Source: Pirellulales bacterium (lineage in GTDB: Bacteria > Planctomycetota > Planctomycetia > Pirellulales > UBA1268). Taken from it: DNA of 64,000 nt. The position numbers and the translations under genes are program-made. The stretch covers positions 210 to 64,209 of the forward strand of contig JBIIQM010000004.1 of NCBI GenBank assembly GCA_044342075.1, read 5' to 3'. This document shows, one piece after another, positions 39,818-49,106 of the stretch. Positions within the stretch are counted from its first letter, which is position 1. The number at the start of each line of letters is the position of its first letter. Below the pieces are notes generated by a model. That model was not told the origin of the DNA, ran no database searches, and saw only the letters and a program-made list of their open reading frames with translations.

Positions 39818-40243
39818 TCAGGAAACGTCGATCTCGAGATCGCCCGCCAGTTCCTCGCGCGACTCCCCAGCCTCGCGGCCCGACGAGCCCGCGCCGGTGC
39901 GCTCCACTTCACGCTGGCAGGCGATGCACATCGTGGCATAGGGCAGGGCGTTGAGCCTCGCCATCGGGATCTTGCAGCCGCAGTATTCGCAGGTGCCGTA
40001 CTGGCCCGCCCGCATCCGCTCCAAGGCGTTCTCGATGGAGGCCAGTTCGCGGCTTTCCACCTCGGCCAGCTGGGAGCTGATCTCGTCCTGGGCAGAATCG
40101 ACGGCCGCATCGATCACGTCGCCCGGCGACTCGCTGCGAAGCTCCTTCAAAAGCGTCAGGTCGCCGGCCAGGGCGCTGCGCAGGGCATCGCGGCGGCGGA
40201 CGAGGATCGCACGAAGGTTTAAAAGTGCGTCTTTACGTGCCAT
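39818..40243 (-). CDS. DksA/TraR-family C4 zinc-finger protein
   Basis: ATG at 40243 within ORF 39818..40537. Coiled-coil region, then CEYCGCKIPMARLNALPYATMCIACQ. Confidence 0.85.
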   Translation of the reverse strand: MARKDALLNLRAILVRRRDALRSALAGDLTLLKELRSESPGDVIDAAVDSAQDEISSQLAEVESRELASIENALERMRAGQYGTCEYCGCKIPMARLNALPYATMCIACQREVERTGAGSSGREAGESREELAGDLEIDVS

Positions 40244-40430
40244 GGTTGTTGCTCCTGGCCCTGCCGAGGCCCTGGAAACGGGCGGATCGGTATCGGACCG
40301 CAACCAATAGTACGGGGGCTGGCCGGGGATGGTTCGCAGGGGAAAATTTCCCACAGTCTGTATCGAAAACCGGGCCGGAACAGATGATGACATTTGGCCG
40401 GAGCCCGACAGGTTTCCCAAAGTTCCCGGT

Positions 40431-41876
40431 CTACAGATCCGCCCGGATGGCGTCCCAGGCGGCGGCGACCGCCGGCCGGTCGGTGAGCGTGCCGCCGATC
40501 GCCAGCCGCAGGGCATGGCGGCCTGCCACCCGCGCATGGCTCAAAAACGCCCGGCCGCCGCGATTCACCCGGTCGAGCAGGGCGGCCGTCGGCTCGTCGC
40601 CGGCCCGCAGGGCGAACGTGACGAGGCTGAGCGACGGCGGTTGGAGCAGTTCGAATCGCGGGTCCGCTGCGACCCAGCCGGCGAAGTCGGCGGCCCAGGC
40701 GACATGATCGCGAATCCGCTCCCGCAGCGGCTCCGCGCCGATCATCCGCAGTGTCATCCAGAGTTTGAGCGCCCGGAACCGGCGGCCGAGCGGCACCTGC
40801 CAATCGCTGTAGTCGATCACGCCGCCGGCCTCCGTCGCCCGGTTCCGCAGATATTCCGGCCGCGCGGCGAGCGCGCGCACGAGGGGCTCGCGGTCGGCCA
40901 CCCAGAGCGTGTGGCAATCAAAGTTCACGAGCAGCCATTTATGCGGATTGAAGCCCCAGCTGTCGGCCTGCTCGGCGCCCGCCACGATCCGGCCGCGGTA
41001 TTCCGGGCAGATCGCCGCGGCCCCGGCCCAGGCGGCATCGACGTGCAGCCACGCCCCATGACTCCGGGCCGCCGCCGCGATCTCCGGCACCGGATCGATC
41101 GCGCCTGAGGCGGTCGTGCCGACGGTGGCGACGACGAAGCACGGCCGGCAGCCCGCTTTCGCATCGTCGGCGAGCGCGCGGTCGAGGGCGTCGGCATCCA
41201 TCGCGCCGCGGGCGTCGGTCGAAATCAGCCGCACCCAGTCGCGGCCGATGCCGGCGAGCGTCGCGGCCTTTACGACGCTCGAATGCGCGTCGGCGCTCGC
41301 GTAGACGATGAGCGGCCGGTCGGATTGATCCACGCCATGGGCGTTGCTCTCGAGCCCGGTGACCCGCTCGCGCGCCGCCACGAGCGCGCAGAAGAGCCCG
41401 CTCGATGCCGAGTCTTGGATCACGCCGCCGCCAGTGCCGGCGCTTGCGAACCGCTCCGGCAGTCCGAGCAGGTTACGGAGCCAGTCGAGCACGTGCGTCT
41501 CGAGCTCGGTGCAGGCGGGCGACGTGGCCCAGAGCATCCCCTGCACGCCAAGGCCCGCCGAGAGCAGCTCGCCGAGGATCGACGGGCCGCTCGCATTCGC
41601 GGGGAAGTAGCCGAAGAAGGCGGGATGCTGCCAGTGCGTGAGGCCGGGCACGATGAAGCGGTCGAGGTCGGCGAGTACGCGGTCGAGCGGCTCGGGCGCC
41701 TCGGGGGCCGATGAGGGCAAGTGCGAACGGACCCAACCGGGCTCCACGCCGGGCTGCACCGGCCTCGCGGCGAGCGCTTCCCAATAGTCGGCGATCCAAT
41801 CGACCACCGCACGGCCTTCGCGGCGGAAGCGCTCGGCGTCGAAGGCCGCGGCGGGATCGGATCCCATGGGCATCAT
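40431..41876 (-). CDS. PLP-dependent group II (aromatic-amino-acid-type) decarboxylase
   Basis: GLTHWQHPAFFGYFPAN, and the SxHK-like pyridoxal lysine region (WGFNPHKWLLV). 481 aa. Confidence 0.85.
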   Translation of the reverse strand: MMPMGSDPAAAFDAERFRREGRAVVDWIADYWEALAARPVQPGVEPGWVRSHLPSSAPEAPEPLDRVLADLDRFIVPGLTHWQHPAFFGYFPANASGPSILGELLSAGLGVQGMLWATSPACTELETHVLDWLRNLLGLPERFASAGTGGGVIQDSASSGLFCALVAARERVTGLESNAHGVDQSDRPLIVYASADAHSSVVKAATLAGIGRDWVRLISTDARGAMDADALDRALADDAKAGCRPCFVVATVGTTASGAIDPVPEIAAAARSHGAWLHVDAAWAGAAAICPEYRGRIVAGAEQADSWGFNPHKWLLVNFDCHTLWVADREPLVRALAARPEYLRNRATEAGGVIDYSDWQVPLGRRFRALKLWMTLRMIGAEPLRERIRDHVAWAADFAGWVAADPRFELLQPPSLSLVTFALRAGDEPTAALLDRVNRGGRAFLSHARVAGRHALRLAIGGTLTDRPAVAAAWDAIRADL

Positions 41877-42292
41877 TCCCCGTGGAGGGTGAGCACCAGC
41901 CGCCGCGGGCCGCCCCGGTCGCGGTGCTCGCAGAGATAAATGCCCTGCCAGGTGCCCAGCCGCAGGCGGCCCTCGTGGATCGGCACGCTGACCGAACTGC
42001 CGATCATCGAGCTCTTCACGTGGGCCGGCATGTCGTCGGGGCCCTCGAGCGTGTGCACGTAGGGCAGGTGCTCGGCCGCGATCGCGTTGAATGCCATCTC
42101 CAGGTCGCGGGGAACGTCGGGGTCGGCATTCTCGTTGATCGAGACGCTCGCGGAGGTGTGCTGGATGAAGACATGCAGCAGGCCGACGCGGAACGTGGCC
42201 AGTTCCGGCAGCGCCGCCTCGATCTCACGCGTGATCAGGTGGAAGCCGCGACGCCGCTGGGGAAGCTGAATTTCTTTCTGGTGCCACGCCAT
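41873..42292 (-). CDS. yjbQ: YjbQ/UPF0047 family protein (secondary thiamine-phosphate synthase-like)
   Basis: GLLHVFIQHTSASVSINENADPDV...MPAHVKSS...GTWQGIYLCEHR, the full YjbQ pattern. Confidence 0.88.
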   Translation of the reverse strand: MAWHQKEIQLPQRRRGFHLITREIEAALPELATFRVGLLHVFIQHTSASVSINENADPDVPRDLEMAFNAIAAEHLPYVHTLEGPDDMPAHVKSSMIGSSVSVPIHEGRLRLGTWQGIYLCEHRDRGGPRRLVLTLHGE

Positions 42293-42304
42293 GCGTTGCC
42301 TCGC

Positions 42305-43519
42305 TCACTTGCTTGCGGAACGGAAACACCAAATGGTTCCATCCTCGGAGGCCATCACGACATTCCCGGCGGCGATCGCAGGGGAAGCCACGAAGCCGCC
42401 GCCGGCGTCGAACTCCCAGGCGGGCTTCCCCGTGGCGGCATCGAGCGCCGCCAGCCGGCCCGCGGCGTCGCCGACGACCGCGATGAGCCCCGCGCCGCCC
42501 GCGAGGTGGGCCACGACCGGAGAGCCATCGACGCGGCCGCGCGTCGGCTGCCGCCAGGCCCGCTTGCCGTCGGCGATCGCGAAGGCCTCGACGGCCCGGC
42601 CGCGCGAGCCGACGATCGCGAGACCGTCGGCGATCGCGGCGCTCGACCGATAGGCCTGTGCGTTGGCGGCCGGCATGAACTGCCAGACGACCTTGGCCGC
42701 GGCGACGTCGATCGCGAAGAAGCCGCCCCCCTCGGTGCCGAAATAGACACGAGACTCGTGGGCCGCGGGGGTCGTGCCGGTCGGTCCACCGATCGGCACG
42801 GCGGTCCGCTCGGTGCCGGTGGCCGTGTCGATGACGTGCAGTTTTCCGTCGCAGCCCGCGAGGAAGACATTGCCATCGGCCACCGTCGGCGAGCAGCGGA
42901 TCTGGTCGGCGATCGTGTGCTTCCAGATGAGCCGGCCGGTGGCGAGGTCAAGGCAGGCGAGCGACGCATCCTGGGAGCCGACGAAGACGCGGCCGCCTTC
43001 GTCGCCGTAAACGAGCGTCGGTCCGCCCGAGATCTCCCCGTCGGTCTTGTATTCCCAACGCTGCGCGCCGCTCGTGGCATCGAGGGCGGTAACGACGCCG
43101 TCGGCATCGCCCACGACGACGATCGGCAAGGCGGGAGCGGTCGATGCCGCGGCGCTCGCGGGGAAACCGGCTTCGGATTTGAACGTCCATCGGGTCTCGC
43201 CCGTCTCGAGCGCGAGGGCATGGAATGTGCCGTCGAGATCGCCCACGTAGATCGTGCCATCGACGATGACCGGCGTCGCCTCGAAGGCGGTCTTCTCGAA
43301 CGTGCGGTGCCAACGCTCCTCGAGCGGCAGGCTGAGCGTGGCGGCGGAGCGGCCGCTGCACGCCGCACAGCCGCGAAACATCGGCCAGGCTTCCGCCGCG
43401 GCCTCCGGCACCTCTGCCGCAACGAGTCGGGAGGGAGCGGCGAGCGCGAGGAAGCATGCGATGAAGAGGGGCAGGAAGGCCACCGCCTTCCCTCGACGTT
43501 TCTCAAGGATGGCCGTCAT
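42305..43519 (-). CDS. Secreted PQQ-like/BamB-like beta-propeller repeat protein
   Basis: ATG at 43519 (MTAILEKRRGKAVAFLPLFIACFLALAAP) overlaps the ADH stop. Repeated D-G-x-hydrophobic-x-A-hydrophobic-D blades (e.g. DGTFHALALETGETRW, DGVVTALDATSGAQRW, LACLDLATGRLIW, GKLHVIDTATG). Confidence 0.8.
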   Translation of the reverse strand: MTAILEKRRGKAVAFLPLFIACFLALAAPSRLVAAEVPEAAAEAWPMFRGCAACSGRSAATLSLPLEERWHRTFEKTAFEATPVIVDGTIYVGDLDGTFHALALETGETRWTFKSEAGFPASAAASTAPALPIVVVGDADGVVTALDATSGAQRWEYKTDGEISGGPTLVYGDEGGRVFVGSQDASLACLDLATGRLIWKHTIADQIRCSPTVADGNVFLAGCDGKLHVIDTATGTERTAVPIGGPTGTTPAAHESRVYFGTEGGGFFAIDVAAAKVVWQFMPAANAQAYRSSAAIADGLAIVGSRGRAVEAFAIADGKRAWRQPTRGRVDGSPVVAHLAGGAGLIAVVGDAAGRLAALDAATGKPAWEFDAGGGFVASPAIAAGNVVMASEDGTIWCFRSASK

Positions 43520-44697
43520 CGCGCGGCCTCGTAGAGGGCGGCCAGGTCGGCTGCGGCCACGGGCCGCGGATTGAATCCTGCCGTCCACTGCCCTGCAGCG
43601 AGCGTCGCCAGCGCCGAAACATCGGGCGCCGGGATGCCGCAGGCCGAAAGCGTTGTCTGCAGCCGGGAGGCACGAAGCAGGTCTGCCAGCCAGTCGGCCA
43701 GGCGCGCTCCGGCGATGGCCGGCTCGGCGGCGATGCCGATGTCGCCGAGCAATTCTGCGTAGCCATCGCCGCAGGTCGTGCCATTGAACCGCACGACGTG
43801 CGGCAGCATGAGGCCGACGGCCTGGCCGTGGGGAATGTGATGCGCCGCGGTGAGCGGGTTGGCGAGGGCATGGGCCGCGCCGAGCATCGAGTTTTCGATC
43901 GCCAGGCCCGCCAGTGCCGCGCCGAACTGGACCGCCGATCGCGCGGCAAGGCTGCCGCCATCGGCAAAGACGACGGGCAGATTCGTGGCCAGCATCCGCC
44001 ACGCCTCGCGGGAAAACACCCGCGAGGCCGGCGTGGCCGCGCGGCTCACGTGGCTCTCGACGGCGTGCGAGACCGCATCGATGCCGGTGAGCGCCACGAG
44101 CAGAAGCGGCTGCGTGAGCGTGAGGTGCACGTCGAGAATCGCCACGCGAAATGCAGCCCGCGGATCGCCGCAGGCCATCTTCAGGCCGGTTTCGGAGTCG
44201 GTGATCAGGGCGAACGACTGCGTTTCGCTACCGGTGCCGGCCGTCGTGGGCACGGCGATCGAAGGCAGCATCGGGCCGGTGGCCGTGCCGCGGCCCTTGT
44301 AGTCCTGCATCCGGCCGCCGCAGGAAAGGAGAAAATTGATCCCCTTCGCGCAGTCCATCGAACTGCCGCCGCCGAGCCCGACGAGCAGGTCGGGGCGGAA
44401 GTCGCGGGCAACCGCCGTGCCCGCCTCGACCTCCGCTGACGACGGGTTTTCGGTGAAGCCGGAAAACGTGGCCGTCGCGAGCCCGGCCGTCGCGAGCGAC
44501 TCGAGCCCCGCCGCCGTATGGCCGGCGGCGACGATGCCCGGGTCGCTCACGACGAGCGCACGCGTCGCCCCGAGTTCCCTCGCCAGATCGCCAAGCCGCC
44601 CAATCGTGTGCGGGCCCACGACGAGCCGCGTGGGGGCGCGAAACTCGAAACTGGTCGCCTCGCTTCCAGGCATCACGGCATTCACGCGTTTCGTCAA
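43516..44697 (-). CDS. Iron-containing (group III) alcohol dehydrogenase
   Basis: GLGGGSSMDCAKG, PTTAGTGSE and His-rich metal site (HALANPL..HHIPHG). ATGA overlap with the upstream ALDH-like gene. Confidence 0.85.
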   Translation of the reverse strand: MTKRVNAVMPGSEATSFEFRAPTRLVVGPHTIGRLGDLARELGATRALVVSDPGIVAAGHTAAGLESLATAGLATATFSGFTENPSSAEVEAGTAVARDFRPDLLVGLGGGSSMDCAKGINFLLSCGGRMQDYKGRGTATGPMLPSIAVPTTAGTGSETQSFALITDSETGLKMACGDPRAAFRVAILDVHLTLTQPLLLVALTGIDAVSHAVESHVSRAATPASRVFSREAWRMLATNLPVVFADGGSLAARSAVQFGAALAGLAIENSMLGAAHALANPLTAAHHIPHGQAVGLMLPHVVRFNGTTCGDGYAELLGDIGIAAEPAIAGARLADWLADLLRASRLQTTLSACGIPAPDVSALATLAAGQWTAGFNPRPVAAADLAALYEAAR

Positions 44698-46127
44698 ATG
44701 GCCGCAGGGACGTTTGCTGCGATCTGCAGCGCACGCGAACGATACAGGAAGTCAATGATGTTGCCCTCATGAGGCTGGAGCCAGTCGAGCTTCGTGGTGG
44801 GGATCGGCCCGAGGTTGAGCCGGTCGATGTGGGTGCAGTCGATGAGCCGCCGCTGGAAGGCCTCGTCGTCGGTGATTGCGGTGCAGACGAGCGTGGGGCC
44901 GATCGCGTCCAACATCTTCGGCTGCGGGCACTCGACCACGCTCACGAATGGAAACATATATTCCGCCTTCGCGATCTCGGGCTCGGGGCTCGCGCAGTGC
45001 ATCACCGTGGGCCGCAGCCAGCCGCAGCGCTCGCCTTCGACGAGCCGATCGCCGTAGGCCGCGGTCATGTGGGTCACACCAGGAGCCTTCAGCCCCGCCT
45101 CGATCTGCCCCCAGATCGCCTTGGCGGCGCCGGGGATCGTGAAGGCGGCGAGCTTTGCCTCGGGATCCTGCGGCGGCTTCACGTCGATCGGCCCCAGCCG
45201 CGCCGCGATGGCTTCCGCGATCACCTTCGTGTGGCGGCTGGCGTAGATCGCCGAGGCGTTGATGCAGCCGCGGCCGCTGTTGATGGCCACGCTCTCGCAC
45301 ATCGTGTCGAGGTGTCGCTCCCAGTCGTCCACGCAATCGTCACCGAGGATGATCTTCGAGAAGCCCGGCCCGTGCACCTGCACGCCCGGATTGCCGCGAT
45401 ACTGCTCGACCGTCTTCGCGCTGCCGAAGATCATGCTGCGGCGACAGCCGGCGAGGATTCCGGCGCCGACATCGGTCGCGCCGGGATAGAGGCCGATCGC
45501 CTCGGCGGGAATGCCCGCCTCCACCATCGCCGCCGCCATCCGATAAGGCGTCCACGGCTCCTGACTGCCCGGCTTCATCACGAGCCCCACGCCGAGCGCG
45601 ATCACCGGCAGCCAGAGCGTGTGCACGCCGGGCGAGTTGCTCGGCAGCACGAGCCCGAGCACCGGCGACTGCGCCTGGTAGCTCACGGTCACGCCGCGGT
45701 GCTCCTGCCCGTAGCCCTGCCAGAGGATTTTCGTGTCGAGTCCGCGGGAGAGGGCGTCGAGGATCCGGTCCATGTTCGAGAGCACGAACATATTCTTCTG
45801 CATGTTGGCCCGGCACAGGCTCTCCGGCAGCCCGGTGGTGGCCGACTGCTGCTTCACGAAGTCATCCGGCGATTGCTTTGTGTCGCCAACCGTGACCGTG
45901 CCATTGGCATAGAGATTGCCCGCCGTCTGCAGCCGCTCGACGATCTCCTCGGGATCGATCGCGAGCAGGGCGGCCCGCGCCTGCTGCGCCTTCTGCAGGT
46001 CGCGACCCACGATCGCGCCACCCACCTGGCTCACCTCGGCGACGGGCTCGCCGGTGAGAAAATGCACGAGTGTCTCGCGTTCGAGCGACTCGTAGGGCTT
46101 ACCAAAACGCCAGGCGGGCAGGTGCAT
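44694..46127 (-). CDS. Aldehyde dehydrogenase superfamily protein (acyl-CoA-reductase/acylating-type?)
   Basis: 477 aa. ALDH-like fold cues (LVMKPGSQEPWTP, GSAKTV). Candidate catalytic Cys in INSGRGCINAS. The subfamily is not resolvable by eye. Confidence 0.8.
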   Translation of the reverse strand: MHLPAWRFGKPYESLERETLVHFLTGEPVAEVSQVGGAIVGRDLQKAQQARAALLAIDPEEIVERLQTAGNLYANGTVTVGDTKQSPDDFVKQQSATTGLPESLCRANMQKNMFVLSNMDRILDALSRGLDTKILWQGYGQEHRGVTVSYQAQSPVLGLVLPSNSPGVHTLWLPVIALGVGLVMKPGSQEPWTPYRMAAAMVEAGIPAEAIGLYPGATDVGAGILAGCRRSMIFGSAKTVEQYRGNPGVQVHGPGFSKIILGDDCVDDWERHLDTMCESVAINSGRGCINASAIYASRHTKVIAEAIAARLGPIDVKPPQDPEAKLAAFTIPGAAKAIWGQIEAGLKAPGVTHMTAAYGDRLVEGERCGWLRPTVMHCASPEPEIAKAEYMFPFVSVVECPQPKMLDAIGPTLVCTAITDDEAFQRRLIDCTHIDRLNLGPIPTTKLDWLQPHEGNIIDFLYRSRALQIAANVPAAI

Positions 46128-46197
46128 GGGTTGGGTCTCGCAAGGTGAGCTGTTGGTAGAAGGATACCACCTCGGTTACGGAGGTTGCAGACGGCGA

Positions 46198-46572
46198 TCA
46201 CTTCCTGGAGAAGTAGCGCACGTTTTCGAGGCCCTTGAAATCCTCGTCGAGCGTCCAGACCGTGGCGCCATGCTCACGGGCTACGGCGAGGATCATGCTA
46301 TCGGCCATCGGTAGCGAGTGCCGAAGGCTCAAAGCGGCAGCATCGAGGGCCCGCTGCGCGGTGAGGTCGACGATGCGACCACGCTGCATCGCTGCGGCAC
46401 CCTGGATTGCCGCCTCCTCGCCCGCTTCCCGGAGAAGCACCTTGAAGACCTCGTAGACCGACACGGCCGGCACGAAGAGCGTCTCGATGTCCTCGAGCGC
46501 TGGCTCGAATGCACGGGCGTGGCGGCCGCCCGCAAAATATTCCAGCCAGCCGGACGAATCGACCACGTTCAC
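46198..46572 (-). CDS. vapC: PIN-domain toxin VapC
   Basis: MNVVDSSGWLEYF (first acidic residue). Conserved D near the C-terminus (TLDEDF). 124 aa. 4-nt overlap with the upstream antitoxin. Confidence 0.88.
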   Translation of the reverse strand: MNVVDSSGWLEYFAGGRHARAFEPALEDIETLFVPAVSVYEVFKVLLREAGEEAAIQGAAAMQRGRIVDLTAQRALDAAALSLRHSLPMADSMILAVAREHGATVWTLDEDFKGLENVRYFSRK

Positions 46573-46775
46573 AGGCGGTCACCTTCCCGAACGAAATCGG
46601 TCTTGATTCCCTTCACGAAGCCCTTCAACTCGCGGATGTCCCGCTCAGGCACGAATTCCACCCGTCCGGCGTGTTCGATGACCTGGAGTTTTTGACCCGG
46701 CCGCAACCCCAACCGCTCGCGGACAACGCGGGGAATCACCACCTGGAACTTCGGCGAAATCGTGACCAGATGCAT
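46569..46775 (-). CDS. vapB: AbrB/SpoVT-type antitoxin VapB
   Basis: ATG at 46775. MHLVTISPKFQVVIPRVVRERLGLRPGQKL is a swapped-hairpin AbrB motif. A weak 5-bp inverted repeat (ggcta-N5-tagcc, 46815..46829) lies upstream. Confidence 0.8.
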   Translation of the reverse strand: MHLVTISPKFQVVIPRVVRERLGLRPGQKLQVIEHAGRVEFVPERDIRELKGFVKGIKTDFVREGDRL

Positions 46776-46843
46776 GACGGACCCTCGATCGATACCGCAA
46801 ATCGTATGACAGTAGGCTAATCGATAGCCGCACCGAAAACAAA

Positions 46844-46860
46844 GCGTGAACCTTTTCGCC
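46844..46860 (+). promoter_or_regulatory. 17-nt motif gcgtgaaccttttcgcc upstream of the ECF sigma gene (candidate ECF -35 region TGAACC)
   Basis: The exact same 17-mer recurs at 47422..47438. Downstream similarity continues (ggggaAt / ggggaCt). Confidence 0.4.
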
Positions 46861-46883
46861 CGAACCGGGGAATACTGACTATC

Positions 46884-47471
46884 GTGACCCCGAGCCTTCC
46901 TGACGAAGCCGAGCTCGTCCGCCGCGCTCGGCAGGGCGATGCGGCCGCGTTTCGTGGGCTGGTCGATCTCCACGCCGAGACCCTGTGGCGGTGCGCGCGG
47001 GCCCTCTGCCGCGACGACCACGAAGCCGAAGACATCGCCCAGGAGACGCTCGTCGAGGCCTGGCGGTCGCTGCCGCGGTTCGACGGACGGGCCCGGTTCT
47101 CCTCCTGGATGTACGGCATTCTCCGGCACCGGTTTCTGAAGGCGCGGCGAAAGCCGCGGCCGGCGGTGGGTGGGGACGAAAAAGCCGCCGACCGGCCCGC
47201 ACGCGAGGCCTCGCCGACCGCGGCCGCCGAACAGGCCGAGGAGGCGCGGCTCGTGCAGGCCGCCGTGGCAACGCTGCCCGACGAGCATCGCGCGGTGGTG
47301 GAGCTGCGGTTCTTCGCCGGTTTATCACTCGACGATATTGCAATGGTCCTCGGCTGCCCGCTGGGCACCGTCAAGAGCCGGCTGCATCACGCCCTGGAAA
47401 AACTTCGGCTCTCGAAGAGCGGCGTGAACCTTTTCGCCGCGGCTGGGGACTCACCTTTACAGACGCCATGA
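46884..47471 (+). CDS. ECF-type RNA polymerase sigma factor
   Basis: GTG start. Region 2 (EDIAQETLVEAWRSL..F). Region 4 (ELRFFAGLSLDDIAMVLGCPLGTVKSRLHHA). Confidence 0.88.
   Translation: MTPSLPDEAELVRRARQGDAAAFRGLVDLHAETLWRCARALCRDDHEAEDIAQETLVEAWRSLPRFDGRARFSSWMYGILRHRFLKARRKPRPAVGGDEKAADRPAREASPTAAAEQAEEARLVQAAVATLPDEHRAVVELRFFAGLSLDDIAMVLGCPLGTVKSRLHHALEKLRLSKSGVNLFAAAGDSPLQTP
47422..47438 (+). promoter_or_regulatory. Second copy of the 17-nt motif, inside the 3' end of the sigma gene
   Basis: Exact repeat of 46844..46860, 30 nt before the anti-sigma ATG. Confidence 0.35.
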
Positions 47472-47995
47472 GCCTGACCATGACCACTCACCCATCTCCC
47501 TGCGATCCCTGGCGCGAGCCGATCAGCCTGCTGGCGGCGGGATGCCTGCCGGCGGCGGAGCAGGCAGCCGTGCGTGGGCATCTCGAAGCATGTCGAGCTT
47601 GTGCCGAACGGTTTGCCGAGCTCTCGGCGGTGTGCGCGAGCCTCTACCGCAGCCGTCCCGCGGTGGCCCCGGCATTCCACGAGCGGTTGCACTCCCTGCC
47701 AATCAAAGACCTGCCGCGGGCAACGCAAAACCACACCCGGGCGCTGGCATTCCCGTTGGCCGCGGCAGTCGCGGCGTCGCTGCTCGTCGCTGCCTGGTGG
47801 ATGACCGACCGTCAGGAATTGCCTGGGCCGGTCGAACGCCTGCCGCGGCCCCGCCTGGCAGCCTACGAACTGGCATGCGCGGAGACCGACGCCGCCTTCG
47901 ACGAACTGCTTCGCCGTCACCACGGATCCGCCACGTTCGAGCCGAACGGTTCACAATCCCGCCCCCGAGACCTCTTGAAGGAGTTTTCCGAATGA
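47468..47995 (+). CDS. Anti-sigma factor (zf-HC2 type), single-pass membrane protein
   Basis: The ATG overlaps the sigma stop (ATGA). HLEACRACAERF matches H-x3-C-x2-C. A central TM segment is present (ALAFPLAAAVAASLLVAAWW). Confidence 0.72.
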   Translation: MSLTMTTHPSPCDPWREPISLLAAGCLPAAEQAAVRGHLEACRACAERFAELSAVCASLYRSRPAVAPAFHERLHSLPIKDLPRATQNHTRALAFPLAAAVAASLLVAAWWMTDRQELPGPVERLPRPRLAAYELACAETDAAFDELLRRHHGSATFEPNGSQSRPRDLLKEFSE

Positions 47996-49068
47996 TGACC
48001 AGTCGCCGCGCACTTTTGCTGGCCGGTGTCCTCGCGACGCAGGCCGCGTTCTCCAAGGTTCTGACCGCCGCTGAACGGCCGGCAGCCGCGGCCGCAACCA
48101 TCCCCAACGCCGCGGTGATCTACTGGCAGGCGTTCGCGCAACTCCCCCAGCCGCTCGCCGAACCGGAGAAGGCGAAGTACGAGGCCGCAGTTGCGAATCC
48201 CGCCGCTCCGGTGGCGGACGACCTAAAGCTGATCGTCGCGAGCTTCGCGGGTTCACTCGCCGAGTTGCACCGCGCGGCGCGGGTCGCGGCATGCGACTGG
48301 AATCTCGACTACGAAGCCGGTGCAGAATGTCGCTTGCCGCATCTCGAAAAGGCCCGAGCGCTCTCAAAGGCGGCCCTGCTACGGGCCCGGCTCGGGTTTG
48401 CGGCTGGAAAGACCGATGAGGCGGTCGCGGATGTGGTGGCCGTGCTGAAGCTGGCCCGCGACTGCGGCAGCAGTCCGGTGCTTATCTCGCTCCTGGTCGA
48501 TGCTGCCATTGAGAAGTCGGCGACGGAGGTGCTGGAGGCGAATCTGGCCCGGCTCTCGCCCGAGCAGCTCGACCGGCTGGCACAAGCGATCGAGGCATTG
48601 CCGGCGACGCCCTCCGTGGCGGACTGCATGCGGCATGAGGGCAAAATGTTCGGGGACTGGATGGCCCGTGTTATCGATGCCGAAGCGGCAAAGGTCGATG
48701 ACCCGAAGGCTGGCGGCAAGGTTCTGGCGGCCCTGTTCGCGGGGGCGACTGCAGACGCGAACGAAGCCGAGCGACGCAAGCTGCCCGATCTTCTTTCAGT
48801 CGCCGACGTGCGGGAGTCGCTGCGGCTCGCGCGGGCAGACTACGAGCAGGCCGCGGCGATTGCGGATCTCCCTGCCGCCGAGCGTCGCAGCCGCTGGGCC
48901 GACTTCGAGGCCGGAATCGCGAAAGCCGGACCGGCCGGCAGTCGCGAGCAGGCGATGCGCGCCATCTCCGCCATGTTCTTGCCTGCCACCGCGAAGGTCT
49001 GCGAGAAGGTAGACGAGGCCAACGTGCGGCGGCAGCTCCTGCTGCAGGCCATCAAGGCCAAGCGGTAG
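47992..49068 (+). CDS. Secreted hypothetical protein with Tat-like signal
   Basis: ATGA overlap with the anti-sigma gene. MMTSRRALLLAGVLATQAAFS. Alpha-helical, Ala-rich. No motif recognised. Confidence 0.65.
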   Translation: MMTSRRALLLAGVLATQAAFSKVLTAAERPAAAAATIPNAAVIYWQAFAQLPQPLAEPEKAKYEAAVANPAAPVADDLKLIVASFAGSLAELHRAARVAACDWNLDYEAGAECRLPHLEKARALSKAALLRARLGFAAGKTDEAVADVVAVLKLARDCGSSPVLISLLVDAAIEKSATEVLEANLARLSPEQLDRLAQAIEALPATPSVADCMRHEGKMFGDWMARVIDAEAAKVDDPKAGGKVLAALFAGATADANEAERRKLPDLLSVADVRESLRLARADYEQAAAIADLPAAERRSRWADFEAGIAKAGPAGSREQAMRAISAMFLPATAKVCEKVDEANVRRQLLLQAIKAKR

Positions 49069-49074
49069 GACGTC

Positions 49075-49097
49075 AAAAAGGTGCCAGGACTCTTTTT
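49075..49097 (+). repeat. Repeat family E, single arm
   Basis: aaaaaggtgccaggactcttttt. One mismatch to the arms at 52260..52283 and 52319..52342. Confidence 0.8.
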
Positions 49098-49106
49098 CGA
49101 TCCGAA

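Noticed and set aside
40340-40352. 13-nt palindrome GGGAAAaTTTCCC about 100 nt upstream of the DksA-family gene, as a possible operator.
   Set aside because: It occurs once, there is no second half-site or recurrence in the window, and it may simply be part of an AT-richer promoter region. Evidence is insufficient.
46815-46829. ggcta-N5-tagcc inverted repeat upstream of vapB, as a VapB operator.
   Set aside because: The arms are only 5 bp, which is easily reached by chance. It is mentioned in the vapB evidence but not called as a feature.
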